A stretch of DNA of 61,363 bases, the filler included, from Platydemus manokwari (lineage: Eukaryota): assembly GCA_037951405.1 (NCBI GenBank). It is 6 parts of 6 records of this genome, joined end to end, with 100 filler letters (N's around TTAATTAATTAA, not from the genome) between each part and the next. Parts side by side here need not be neighbours in the genome. Positions count along the whole stretch, not along the records: positions 31,036 to 41,003 come from JBBMOY011183767.1; positions 41,104 to 49,938 come from JBBMOY011342315.1; positions 50,039 to 61,363 come from JBBMOY010763314.1; 3 more parts are not named here. The stretch is one strand, 5' to 3'. This document shows positions 37,434 to 51,480 of this stretch, in pieces. The position numbers and the translations under genes are program-made. How positions within the stretch are numbered: the stretch's first letter is position 1; the number at the start of each line of letters is the position of its first letter. The notes below the pieces were generated by a model. The model did not search any database and was not told where the DNA came from. It was given only the letters and a program-made list of their open reading frames with translations.

Positions 37434-38027
37434 TTGGCTTAAGTTAAGAAAAGGGGTCCTTTGACCTACATTTGTAATAATTAATTTTCGCACACGAAAT
37501 AACTTAAATAATATAACTTAATTTTATATTTAATTTCATTTATTTTTATAATTCACTTAATATCTAACCTTTATGAGGTCAAAATATAGTTCTCAAACCA
37601 AGTTCCCATTTTAATCACAACACTTCTATATGATTATTTGAGTTTTTAAATGTATAATTATAAATCGAGTTAGTTAACTACAGACATGTTTAATAATATC
37701 ATTGGTTATTTTTATAAAATAATTGTAAAAATTGAGAATATCTTTCAATTTACTTCAGATGTTAAAACAAGGCGTCCTCGCTAATTTTCAATAAATTACA
37801 ATTCGACCTACTTCGAAGCGTTTATCAAATAATCAAATTTTAAGAGATTATTAATCTCTACTGTATTTAATATTTGATTTCATAAAACTAAAATTATTTT
37901 TAAGTACTTAAATAAGAAATTCAAAAGAATATAAAGAATATAAATAAATAAACTATATAGAATTTTGCAAATACAGTCGACAAATAGAATATTTTAGTTT
38001 GAGATCCCTTTTCTTAAGCTTAGCCAA
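37434..38027 (+). mobile_element. ~600-bp MITE family, full-length copy with best-preserved TIRs
   Basis: TTGGCTTAAGTTAAGAAAAGGGGTCC and GATCCCTTTTCTTAAGCTTAGCCAA form a ~25-bp imperfect TIR pair. No ORF inside. Confidence 0.87.
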
Positions 38028-40667
38028 TAACTTAAAATATGAGCTGAAAATTGAAAATAATTCTTCTAATCAAAATTACATTCAAATCGTTGTAGAAAAT
38101 CTCGATACTTAATGGAGTATTGCACCTCATGCTTTTGTATAATAAGAGAAACAACTCCGGAACGACCGCTAAGATTTATAGACATAATTATTAATTTCTT
38201 GTAAACAAAAACAAAATTCTGCAAAAGCTCTTATTTATTTAATATTTCATATTGATTATATCTTTGTGAGTTCAATTGTCCTGTCTGATTCTTTCAATAA
38301 TATTGATCTCAGCGAATTTTAAATTGAAAACACGGACAACGATTTCATGCTGATTCGAAAGATAATTATCTCTGAAATTGTTTTCTATCGCAAGAATTAT
38401 TCGCCGCAAATATTCATCGTCAGACATTTTTCTTGAATTCCTAAATTTGAATTTCGTGAATGACGATCTTCCTTATGGCTGGTGTTCTATATTGTTATAA
38501 ATTACACATTATAATGAAGGGCCCAACAAGTGTAAGCTGTGCTGACTGAAACCTGATTCAAATTTTAAGTAGCCATGAATAAATAAATAATACTAAAATA
38601 AAATAAAAATTACTAAAAATAAATAATAAAATAAATCAAGATTGTTTCATTAAATTTAATTTATTTATTGTGTGCAAAGAACAATTTTTGATTTGAAATT
38701 TTATTAATGTTAAGCCAGTTCATGTAGGCTGTCTCACACTGAAGCAGGCAAAGTCGATAAGTGACCGAAAATAATGATTAGCAAAAAATGTATTAGAATA
38801 TTTTGAAGAGTTTATTTTAAAAATAAAACGGCCAATTTTCTCTACTGTTACAGTAGAATATTCGTGAGATTTATTACAATAATAGTAGTTCAACCAGAGT
38901 TAGCTTCTTGGTTGATATCTCAAAATTGTTGACGAACTTGTTCCGCTTTTAATATTGACAGAATCTTTATCAAATTCTGTACCGAGCGACACAAATATAA
39001 CTTGGAGAACAATATCTTCTTTTGGAGTCAAGTAAAGTAGACGAGTATTGCTGCATACTAAATAGTGTGTGCTCCAAAATATTTATGAATTATATGACTT
39101 ACACATTTAATATTTTCAGAACTTCATAATAAAACCAGAAACTGACTCTAATACTGACCTTGAGTTGATCATTACTCAATTTTTATACTGAGCATACGTA
39201 TATTAGGTTTTCAAGACCTTTCCACTATTAATTTGACTTTCATTGGTATTTTATCTTTTGCAGTCATTTGATTATATTGTTTTTAAAATTAAAATTGGTG
39301 TGTGTTTCTATCATTGGTATTTGTAATTTAAATGATTTCTGATTGGTTGATGTGTATGTGTGTATTGATTATAAATGAATGGCTGTGATCGTGTCCACAG
39401 GTGAATATTTAAGGTTTTGGAGTAATGTTTGACAATTCACAGTGGAAAACAACACATAGAAGTGCAAAATCTGACGTTTATTATCAAAACGAATTCACTT
39501 TTGTTTAAAGCTATTCAATGTGAATAACGGTATTTCCATTCGGGAATTTTGTTGAAACAGAGAAAAACAAATATATATATATATAACAATGGGAGACAGA
39601 TTTTATTATGTAAAAATCCCAGTAAAAGTCAATTTATTTCAAGACCGGTCTTTTAATTGAATTGTGATCTTGACAATTCGAGAAGAGGTTGTTCAGGACA
39701 TTGACAATTGTATATTTCTTGTTATGTTCAGTCATTGATATTGCTATAAAGTAGCTCAAATATTGAATGTTTTTTTTCTGGAATACGAAAATCGATTGAA
39801 AATCTTTTCTGTGAATTAAAGATATTTAAAATTAAAAAATCTTTAATATTTTTTTAAATAACTTTTTTAAAATTGATATTCAGATGAAATACTGGTTAAT
39901 AGTTGATCTCACTTTATGTAAATTCTGTATTACTATCACTCTAATCGAAAATCCATTATTTAATTTCTATAGATTTCAAGTTAATCCATTCATTAATAAC
40001 AATATATATTAATATCATTAAAATATCGGTATTTAAAATTATCAATTTTTAAGGGGTATATTGATAAGTAAAAGTATATCATGTCATTTATTAAAAATAG
40101 GATTATAATTTATAAGAAGTTTTTGAAGATAAATTTATTGAGCAACTAATTGGTTATAAAGACACACAGCCAACTGACAATTGATTAAAAATAGGTCGAT
40201 AAATTTCTAAAATTCAGATAAGATTTTGTGAAATCGTGTTGTGCCCATAACCTAATTGACTATTAATTTATTCATATTTAATGATGACTCCTAATGTAAC
40301 AATTGCCAGGTATATATCCATATTAAGTCTGTTACCAAAAATAGAATTTAATACCAATACCTGTTACTGACTACTGACAATTGAATGTAATTCCGACCAA
40401 CTATTACCTTTACTTTAATACCACATTTCACAATAGAATTCAATTATTATAAATACCGCTCCAGTACTCTAAACCGAACCTCAAAAAATTAATGAAAAAC
40501 ATTTTAGCATTTCTTCTTTTGCCAAAATGAATCGTTTTCCAATCCCATATGTGGACATTTTAAATTGAATTAAAAATTTAATTTTTTTATAAAATTAAAT
40601 TAATTTGTTTAAATTATTGTATTTAAATATAAGTTGGTGTTGTGTACGTTTTTAATATTGTAGCGGT

Positions 40668-40680
40668 TTACATGGCGACC
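40668..40680 (+). mobile_element. Putative LTR 3' end plus primer-binding site
   Basis: TTACA is immediately followed by TGGCGACC, a typical Gypsy LTR end/PBS junction, and then by a purine-rich gag-like start (~40723). Confidence 0.45.
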
Positions 40681-43299
40681 ACACATCAGGTTTCGATTCG
40701 TAGACGATCAATGAATGAATATTATGGAAAAGAAGGATAAAGATGTTGAGACTGTATAGAGAATATATAAATAAGATTTAGAGAAGATATAAAACAGATA
40801 GAAGAATTAATGCTTATATGTATACAAATATGCGAGCATTCAATGCAATGCCAATTAAGAATAAAAATAAAATCAAAGATTCTAAAAAAAGGGATGTCAG
40901 CCTGTTAAATTTAATTAAAATTGTAAGCTATTTTATAAAACAATACGCATCGAAAACGAACTGAAAAGACTAGACATTCAATTCTATTCAAATACAATTA
41001 TTTNNNNNNNNNNNNNNNNNNNNNNNNNNNNNNNNNNNNNNNNNNNNTTAATTAATTAANNNNNNNNNNNNNNNNNNNNNNNNNNNNNNNNNNNNNNNNN
41101 NNNATCACCTTGGTAACCATGGTAACAATGTAAAAATAGTTTGATAAAACAATGTTCAGAGTAGTCTATACCTTAGCCTGAAAAAATATATTATCGCTTC
41201 TTAATAAATTTCCATAAAATAGGCAACAAATATTTTTATTTTGGACTTCAGGAATATCTTTTGATTATTTAAGTTCATTTTTGCGTTTTTAATGTAATAA
41301 ATAAATTTTTCCTTTTATTCCGCAATAGAACTTGTGTTTATTAATTTGCGCAAAAAACAAAATACCTCGGTATTTAACTTCTTAAGAATTTCCTGTTGTC
41401 ATTGTAATTTAAATTTATTAATAGAATGATATTTATGGTTAATGTCATAGAGATAATTTGTAATAAATGTGGCACATATTTTAAACCCAGAAACATAATT
41501 ATTACGAAAATATTTTTTCTCTAAATGTTAAAGTTGGCAGAAAAATTATGGTTTATTAAATTTCTATATAAACTTGGTCTTTTTATTTGGAAAGAAGTCA
41601 AAATTGTAATTTATGTTCATTGAATCTCAAAAATACTTGATATTAAATTAAAAGCAAATTAGAATTTATCGGATATATTTTTAATAGGTGTGTAACTCAT
41701 TACAGCTCTCAACAAATAATCTAAAATTAAATTCATGCTGAGTAATTTAAATAAAGGAAATTTTTTTCACAAGTCTTCGAGTGAAAATTGATGTCAATAT
41801 CATGCCATCTAATCCAATCTAAATTTATGTTAAACTCGTGTTCTTGAACTTTTTATATTATAGTAGTGCTTTCAAAAGCCCAGATTTTTACTTTTATTAT
41901 TCATATAAATTTCACAATTTAGTTTGCATTTCTGATTATCTAATACTTATTATAACTGGTATATACATGCATTATCAATTTGCTAGTTACTGTATTTTAA
42001 TAGATAATTTTGATTTGATATTGTACACTGGATAATTATAATTTGTCAGTTAATTGTTTCTTTTCCTATTTCAAATTTTAATTAATCTGAAAGACTAACA
42101 AAAGCTAATTAAAGTTAATTAATCAAAAAGCCAAATAACAATTTTTATTGCATAATTAGTCGTTAAGTTATTTAAATAGTTATGAAAAAATTAATAAAAT
42201 TCATACTAAAAACAATAAATATTGACCAAAAATCCGTCGAAATTAATGCAGAAATAAAGTAGTTATAAATATTTAAACACAATTAAAAATAAAGAAAGAT
42301 ATTTTTAAAATTCTAATTGGCTTAGAGGTATAGAAATTGTTAAGAAATATGACTAAATTATGCGAAACCAATTGTGACAAAAGCCAAAACTTTATCTCAG
42401 CAAAACGAGTGATTGCAATAATATTAGTTCTTTGTATTTCAAAGGCTATATTGAATATTTTTTTTGAAACTCACTAAAATTTATAGTTTTAATTAACTGA
42501 AAATCTTGATATGCGAATAAATCTCGCATTTTTCTTACTCCTTTTTAATTTTAAAAATTGAATGAGGGAAAATCTTGTTGAGTAATTTGACAATAGTGAT
42601 TAGCTGAATAGACTAACTTGAGAGTTAATAATAAAGTTATTTCGCTTAAAAATATTGAACTTACTAGTTAGATTAAGCGTAGCTATGAGAAGAAGAAACT
42701 TTTTTGTATAACTTTAATAACTGTTTGAAAATGGGTCACTCTAAGCTCAGTTTGACTTTATTTATTGCTTAAAAGTCGTTTAATTTTAGAATCAGAATTA
42801 CAGTAAACTGAAGAATAGAGTTAATTGGAGAATATTTTGCATGACTTAATGAATGAAATCTAAAAATAATAAGTGTGTAATAAATAAGTAATTTAATTGT
42901 AAATAAAACCTTGTAATATTTTTAATTTCACAATGCCCATACAGTATCACAGTTGTTACTGAATTAGTATTTACGATAATGACAACTCCTGGTTTTGTTC
43001 ATTTACAAAGTCAGCTTACAAATTCATTTAATTTTAAAGTTTACATGTAATCAATTCAGTCTTAAACAATATTTAGGCAGTGGTCCTCATCAACAACGAA
43101 ATGAGATTGTATTTAAACGATTTTATATCATATTTACATATGTTATTTGTGCACTACAGAATTGTTAAAAATTGCTTTTGAAATTCACTTTACAGATAAA
43201 AATTTGTTTTTATGTTCATAGAATATCTTTCTGTCCATTTTGCTTTCCAACTGATATTATAAATTAACTATTTTACAGTAATACAAGTCTGTTTAAATA

Positions 43300-45400
43300 A
43301 ATATTTTTTAAGTTTCTGGAACGATTTTATGACCATAAAATAAACCATTCAAATTGGTGCTCTAACATATAACCAACATAGGAGGAAAGTGTTAGAGAGT
43401 TTCCCTAAACAATTACAGAAAGTTTCTAGATCTCGAATTTCGAAGCCAAAACCAATAGATTTAAACAAATTATGGAGTTGTCGCTAGAAGATTGTAGAAT
43501 AAGAGAAGTGCTATCCCGGAACATAATGAAGAACGCATGTGTCCCGGTAATTAATTTTCTGGGTGGAAGAAGATATCATAAGAAGCAAAATCAGATAAGA
43601 CATAAATGTTTAATTTGCTATCAAGGTCATATTATTAGAAATTGGCATTTATAGCGAGGCAATTGTTGCAGATTTGAAAGAAGAATTATATACATTCCTG
43701 ATAAGGATAAGATCCAGTAATGTTTGAAACTTAAGTTTCAAAAAATCATAACAACCTCGTTGCTTACATTTAATTATCAAATAAGTGAGTTACAAAAAAA
43801 TTGAAATGGAATCAGATGTGAAGAAACTTATATATATGCAAATGGAGCACTGAGGTAATTGATTATATCAAAGTCCAAATTTTGTGGGACTCAGATCGAA
43901 GATTGATGGAAAGATATGAAGTCCTACTCTGTATAACAGTTTGTTAACGCTCAGTGAAGTACTTTCTACTAGTGGAGAAAGCTCAGTCAGGTGGACAAGG
44001 ACATAAACTAAGTGGAAAGAAAAGGAAAGGATAAGGTTTATTCTAAAACGAATTTACCAAAATTTTATTAATGGTATCAATACAATGAACGCGTTTGCAA
44101 TTCGGCTGTGAAAAATCAATGCTATTGATTCATCTCATCTTGTGAATAAATACATGTATGAAGAGTGGACCAAGTATGTACTAGAAGGAATTAAATGTAA
44201 ATTATTAAGGACCCTCATTAAGAAGTATGAAATATATTTGATTTAGGTCAGGTTAAATTGATACCCAATAATATTGTTTCATGGAATCGTATTTTGCAAA
44301 ACCAGAAGAGGTAACCAATGCAATTAGAGCTAAAAATCAAGGATATGGTTAAATGAGCTTGGAAATTAGGGTCATAGGATTGTGTAAAAATGCATGGAAA
44401 TTACGGGTTTATTCGAATCTGTGTGGATTACTAAATAAAAAGATAAATTTAGTTTACTGATCCCCGATGAACACTTACTTTTAGATTGCTTAACAATACT
44501 ATTCTCGATAGAACTGGAACAAGCTCAGTTGAGATTCTCATCAATTGCTGTTTTTCAATAGATATCATTTAGGTTAATAAAAGCATCTGTTACTTTCCAG
44601 AAATTAATGCACGAACAGACGCACTAAATTTAAGCTGAGCTGTTGTTTATTAAGACAATGTCCCGGTCTATGGAAAAAAATTGCGTAATCTTGATAAACG
44701 GCTAGGAGATTACTACCGGCGAATTAAAGAGTCAGAACTAAAGGTAAATAATGAGAAATAGATGCTTATTAAAATTAAATAAAATTATTCTTTGATTACA
44801 CTGTTAGTGAAAAGTAACCACACGAATTTTGATAAAATTGTTCATATACAGGATACATTAAAGCCGCAATGTACATCTAAACTGAGATCATTTTATATTT
44901 TATGAATTATTACAGGTTTATTAAGTGTAGAGTAGTTATTCGGGGATTAGGAATTTCAATTGGCAGAAGAGTGTCAGAAAAGCTATTTGAAGTTGAAAAC
45001 TGAACTTTTTGAAGGCTCAGTTTTAGATTATATGAGAGATGTCAGAAAATTATACCCGACACTGTCAGTCAATTACCAGTTATTCGAAAGGTGCTGTGTA
45101 AATAGGAAGGAGCTTTTATCTCTTCATGGATATGTTTTATATTTTAAACAATATTTGAACGAAAAGAATTTATTTGCGAAGACTATTTGAACTCGACACA
45201 GAGACCGTTTAGTTCTCACTCTCAAACATCAATAGCAATATTGTTGGAGCATGATTTCGAAATTTTGAATGCAAGTTCTATCTCCAGAGTCAAAGATGAA
45301 TTGTAAGTGATCGATAATATGTTGATGCGGGATAAAAAAAGATGAATTTCCATATTATATAGAGACTTTATACCACTATTCGTCAAAATTATCCAGGAAA
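43300..45400 (+). mobile_element. Highly degenerate Ty3/Gypsy gag-pol remnant
   Basis: CLICYQGHIIRNW knuckle remnant, RT ISFRLIKASVTFQKLM (PFGL.NAP.TFQ), and RNase H RKELLSLHGYVLYFKQYLNEK. Confidence 0.75.
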
Positions 45401-45981
45401 ACCTGTATTATTTTTGAAGGAAAAATTATTCGCTTAAGTAGTAGATAACTTCTATTTGCCTTTCATACCAATAAAAGTAGATTCCCAAATTTTTTATTTG
45501 CCTAAAATTCCAACCATTATATTGTATTATATAATTTAATTTAGATTTTAATATAATTTATATAATAATTATATAATGATAATTATATCTTATTTAAATC
45601 AACTCATTTATTTTATTCTTGTTATATAATATAACTTCATATCCTGTTTATAATATACATACTTTTTTGGATTCAGATGTACTAGTTAAATATTATTATT
45701 AAAAATAAATGAGAGCTCAACTCATCTATTAATAGGGTTTCGATACTTAATTAACTTTAATTAATTCTCACATAATTTTCAATTTGTTTTGATATAAGTT
45801 ATTTTAAATCTAGTAAACCTAACTATATTCGGTTAGACATAAATATTGATAGGGCAGCAAAAAAAATTCACTAAAGGAGAGCCTTAAATCTTAAAGCTTT
45901 GATGACATTTTTCTAAGCAAGATAATAAACGTAAAATATTTCAATAAATTTTCAGCATTATTTATGATTTTTGTTTTTAAG

Positions 45982-48900
45982 CTTATCCGAAGAAAATATA
46001 AACTGGCAGTTTTTCGATATGGAAGACTTTTGAAGATTAGTAATCCTGGTAAATTACCGTGTTATAATCTTTAATAATGGCCATATAACATATGTGTAAT
46101 AGGAATCGCATTTGTTATTCCATTAATCGATTCTTACAAATACATTGATATGAGTATAAAAGACACAAACATCAAAAGTGCTTCTGTTAGTTTTTATTAA
46201 TAATTTTCGAAATTTATTTAATAATATATTTCTAAAATCTTGTGTTAAAAACTGGAGTTTTTACAATAGATTACGCATCACTGAACAATATCTAGTTTTA
46301 AAAGAACTTATGTTAATATAAATTATAATTAGATATTAACTTTAAAAATATAAATCAAAATATTATAATAATTATTAAAATATTCTTTATTATTTTTAAA
46401 ATATTATTATTCAATGAAAAATTGGAATTATTATATAATTAAAATGTTTAAAAATTGTTGTTATGCATTTGTTCTGATCTCATATGAATTGAATAAACAT
46501 CAATTTACATAATCACATATGTAAGTCGCTACTAATTTGTAAAACACGCATTGACAAGTATTTGAGAATTCACGACACTAAATTATATATTTAAATACAA
46601 TTATATAAACAATTAATGTTATTTTATAAAAAACTTGAATTAAATCTTTAAAAAATTTTAATTCATTTGAAAATTCTCATAACATATTTGCCTTTTTCTC
46701 AGTTATTTTATCGATAGAATATTCACTATCCAAATATCAAATATATTTTTTTTATTAATCACATTATGAACAAATGATATCAAATTTTCACTATCGATTA
46801 TCAAATGCGTATAATTGATATTTGAGTTTATTTAATATAATGATCGTATTGTATAGTGATTGCGCAATCAATAATAACTTAGAACTAAATTTTTTATAGA
46901 TTTAAAGCTTTTATTGATATTAAAAATTAATCTAGTGCCCGACTAAAGACCATGGTCTGATTGAGATTGATTGCTCAATTAAATATCGAATCACAGATCC
47001 AACATTTTTAATTATAAATGTTAAAAATTGGGCTGAATTTTTGGTTACAGAAACTAGAGTTGCACTTTTGTCAGCTCTAAAGCATTTTAGATGGTCTGAT
47101 TTTAATGATGAACGTATAGGATGCGATGTGGAAAATCAAATCAAGGTTATAATTAAATAATTGATTGAATAATAACAATAATAAATCTTTTTTCAGAAAA
47201 TTTTATCTTCCAATGTTGAACCGAAAGGATTATCGATTTGTGAAGTTCATGTGTAAGTGTTGATTAAAAAATTCAGACTTCGTTAATTATGAAATTAAAC
47301 ATATATCTCATTTATATTTATTCAAAATGAACAAATTATGTCATACACAATATATCTCTGTGATAAACCATTAATAAAATATTGATAACTAAATGAATAT
47401 AATCTCCCGGGAAGGTTGTTTTCAGTTGTTATTTGCACATTTAATCTTTTACATTGGGCTTAAAATTTAAACGAAACACAACACTAGCTAGTTTTATGTA
47501 TATCATAATCTGGATTACATTAGCTATCACTCTGTTATCAAAGGATATATTTTTAAAAGGGCTCTAGCAGAGATATTTTTACTATTAAATGTTAAAGTTA
47601 TTGATTTTTGAAAATATTACCAAAGGGAAATATTGATTGTCTAAAAAGACAGTTTCGCCATGTGAAGCTCTCATCTTAATGAATTTTGTAAATTCAAGTT
47701 TTTAATTGTTACTGGCAGTCCCTCTGTGTTTCTAATAAGTAATATTTTTCCATTCCAACCATGTCAATTCTTATTGCAATAACAGTAAAAACTATTAATA
47801 ATTTAGATTTTATTATTATTATTTGTAGGGTTTCTATTTAATTTCTTCCAATTCATGTTTTTGTTACTTAATTTGTGACTCAATTCACGGTTGTATTATC
47901 ACAAACTTTTCATTGTTTCATAATGAAATCTGCTATTTTATTTTTTGTAGTATTATTATCATATTGATTATCTTATTAATAAGTCGGAATTTGACTCAAC
48001 AATATTATTTCCCAATCATATAATTTAGATTTTTAATATTCAAATAATCAGTGCTCCAATAAATAGACAGTCTAAAATGTTATCACCGTTTTTGCATAAT
48101 TTTGACACAGACTTATATATTAAGGAATCAAGTATTATTTAGAAAATTATAATTTGTTAAAACTTTTTTTTGGTTATATATAAGAAAAGTTTTACAAATA
48201 CTTTAGGTTCCTTTCATAAGATTTTTAAAAAATTAGTGTAGAAAATTTCTTAGAATATTGTTAAATAGTTAATAAATCTTTATGGTCTGAGTTTGTTTAA
48301 AAACCTTAATTTGTTATGAAATTGACTTCGGAGATTACATTATTTGTGCATAGACTTTTTAAATAATGTATCAAAATTAAATAGTTAAAATGCTTTTGGG
48401 TGCATAATTAACTGAAAGTCTTGGAAAGTTTTATCAATTGGTATTGATGATTCGGAAAAACAATGAATAGGTAAAAGAAATCTAAGTCTTTACCAAATCT
48501 GACGTTAAAGCCCTTCATTCATATGTTTAATATCAAACAGATAATATCAAGTATTCTTAAATAATAAATGCTTTCTGTATGATTTAATAAATAATTTTTC
48601 TAAGGGCTTTTGCTGAATATATCATTTTATCTACCACTTAGAAAAATAAATTAGGATGTTTTTATTTAGCTTTTATAAGGAAAGCTTTATTATTAAGTTA
48701 ATGAATTTTTTCACTAGATTAAATAAAATAAACTTTAATAATTATTTTAAATAAAGTATTCTTCTATTAATTGTTTAGTATTTGTATCTCTTATAAACCG
48801 AAATATTTCAATGTTATCGAAATAGTTTCCTTTTTATTTTCAGTGACAATATGATTCAAGGTAAAGAACCTGAGACTCCAGTGGATGTATTAAAAAAAAT

Positions 48901-49546
48901 TAATTTCAAAGACCTTGGTAGACAATTAAGTTCAATTACTCCGTTATTTATGAGTTCTCTAATAAATGAGTCACATAATTCCGACGTAGACGACAATGAA
49001 ACATCAAAAGAAAAAGCACTGAAAAACTTTTTTGAGAAATTAGAAATCATCAAGAATATTGCTATAAGCAATATGGAACAGCAGAAAGAAATGGATAAAT
49101 CCACGTGCTTAAAGAATTCTGGAAGTACGGAGACCGCAAATTTATTAGAGAAGTTAATCAAAAATTTCGTTAAAAACAGTCTGTCTAGTAATGAAATAAG
49201 TAGAATATTATTCCAACAGTCACTAAAGCCTCTCTTTGAAGATGATAAAAAAATTAAAGAACTTTTGGGAAATATCAAAGAAATTATAAAAATACATAAC
49301 ATCGATGGAAATATATTATTTGACGTAACATATTATTTCAAATATCCATGCTATTTTCACTACAATCATAAAGAGGGTTGGTTTATTTATTATACACGTA
49401 TTAAGATTTATTTATCACTTTATTACTATCTGGTTCGCTTTTGCATCAGGTATGTAATAGCTCCGGCATTATTTATTCTTTCAATTTTTTTATTTTATCT
49501 AATTAAGAAATTTTTGTCCAAAAATAATAAAGCTATTTTTTCTTAA
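45982..49546 (+). CDS. Stomatin/SPFH (band 7) family protein, STOML1/UNC-24-like; exons 45982-46048, 46103-46185, 46936-47145, 47197-47252, 48844-49546; 5' exon(s) not identified
   Basis: The spliced frame reads LIRRKYKLAVFRYGRL..SNPGIAFVIPLIDSYKYIDM...CPTKDHGLIEIDCSIKYRITDP..IINVKNW...KGLSICEVHV, which is an SPFH domain. All four introns are GT-AG with compatible phases and join in frame to ORF 48851-49546. Confidence 0.82.
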
Positions 49547-51269
49547 ACAAGATATCACCGCTATAATTTGAATATTAATCATTTGTTTCTTTTTTTAATG
49601 GTGCTGAAGTTAAGTTTTTGCTTATTTGCATCGTCATTTTATAATTAGTATCTTTAAATAAAGTAAATATTTCTTTTTAACTAATTGTTTATTTAAAATA
49701 ATCTATTTTCATTTGATATATTTAATTATACTTATTTATACTGTTGAAAATATAAAGTTTTCTTACTCGCCAACATCTAACTTAGTAAAATTATGAGGAA
49801 TTAATGGTGTGAATTATTATGAATTTATTTCTCATATTATTTTTCAATAATATATGTATATTTTATTAAATCATTTTATCTAAGATGATAAACCCGGTAA
49901 GTAGCATTGTAATGGTGCTAATATAATCAAAAATTGGTNNNNNNNNNNNNNNNNNNNNNNNNNNNNNNNNNNNNNNNNNNNNTTAATTAATTAANNNNNN
50001 NNNNNNNNNNNNNNNNNNNNNNNNNNNNNNNNNNNNNNCGTTGATAAGCAACTCCAATCCTAATAATAATAGCATAATAAATTTTTGAGTCATGAAAAAT
50101 TCCTATAGTATAAAAATAGAATTCTGAAATCTAAAAATTGATTAAATAATATCTATAAATAGACATAACAAATTATGAAGCTTATAATTAGAAAATTATA
50201 ATTACAAAATCGAAAAATAGCATTCAATGCATACTAAATTAGAAAAGAAACAAATCCAAAATTCAATATAAATAAGAGAATAAAATCATCATAGATCTCA
50301 TTATTACAAATCTTACATTACGTGCATTACTACTTATCGATACTTAACAGCTCGATGTACAAGAAATTATTTATTATTCAGAAAATTGTTAAAAAGCAAT
50401 TATATATTTCGAAATCGTTAGTTACTATTTTCCGCGAAGAAAATTAGGTTAATTCTTTAGCCCGAACTTTCAACCAACTAAAGATTCTAATTAAATAATG
50501 AACTAAAATCTAACTTACATAAACTGAGCGACAACCCGTGACTACAAAAACTTTAGTTATATCCATATAGTTATACCCTTACGAACACTTTCAAAACAAA
50601 GTTATAGCTAATAATAGAACACAGTATTTATGAAATTAAATTGTAATTTATTTTCGATAAACAATTATATTTTAGGACCTCATTTTATCTATTTATTCTA
50701 TTTTGTGTAAAAGGCTTATTATAGTTTTTAAACCAACTCTTGGAGTCATAAAGTAATTGAATTATAGTTACTTTTACTAAAACCGCAAGGTTAATAAAAA
50801 TATTTTTACATAATGTATATTTTGTATATATTAATGTATATATTTAGACTTTAATGCGCTATCACAAATTAATATAGGTCGTAACGGTGGATTGCACAGT
50901 CATCAAGAGTAGGAAGAATAAAATAATTGTCAAATATTAAATATCCATTGTCTTTTTGTACAATTGATTGGATTGAAATGTTTCCTGAGGGAGAGTCATT
51001 ATATTTGTTCATGTTCTAATACCTGGTCATTACTTACTCTTCTTGCAGTGAAAATCAGAAGTAGCATCGCTGGCCATACAATAATTAGAAAGATACTGAA
51101 GAAATATACATACAAAAACTAAACAATATATCATATGAAAACATTCAAGATGCATTCATCACTTGATCAACTTCTTTAACATTTAAAATGCTCACTCTTG
51201 AAGATGAGTACATTGGAAAAGTAGTAATAGATAGACTTATAACTGCTACGATGGAAAAGAAAACATAGT

Positions 51270-51480
51270 AAAAGAAACTATCTGAAGGTAAATTGATAGG
51301 GCTCAAAGAATTAAAAGAAGACAGAGATTAAAGGCTTCGTAATTTTAGATGATTGTTCAGAAAGATTGTAAATAAATCACTGAAATCAATTATGAGAGCC
51401 ATTAGAATACGTGGTAGTGAATCAAATTCAATCAATGGACTCATAATAACCTTTAATTGTTACAGTACTTAAACCAGGAC
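51270..51480 (+). mobile_element. Penelope-like RT N-terminal remnant
   Basis: LSEGKLIGLKELKEDRD*...KGFVILD and an MRAI (RPI-like) segment resemble the PLE NLS..E..AL..L......DKG..V / RPI motifs. Confidence 0.4.

Noticed and set aside
48856-49302. 148-aa antisense ORF (also the antisense or overlapping ORFs at 6028, 6604, 19943, 26587 and 27793)
   Set aside because: Shadow frames of real genes with no independent motifs.
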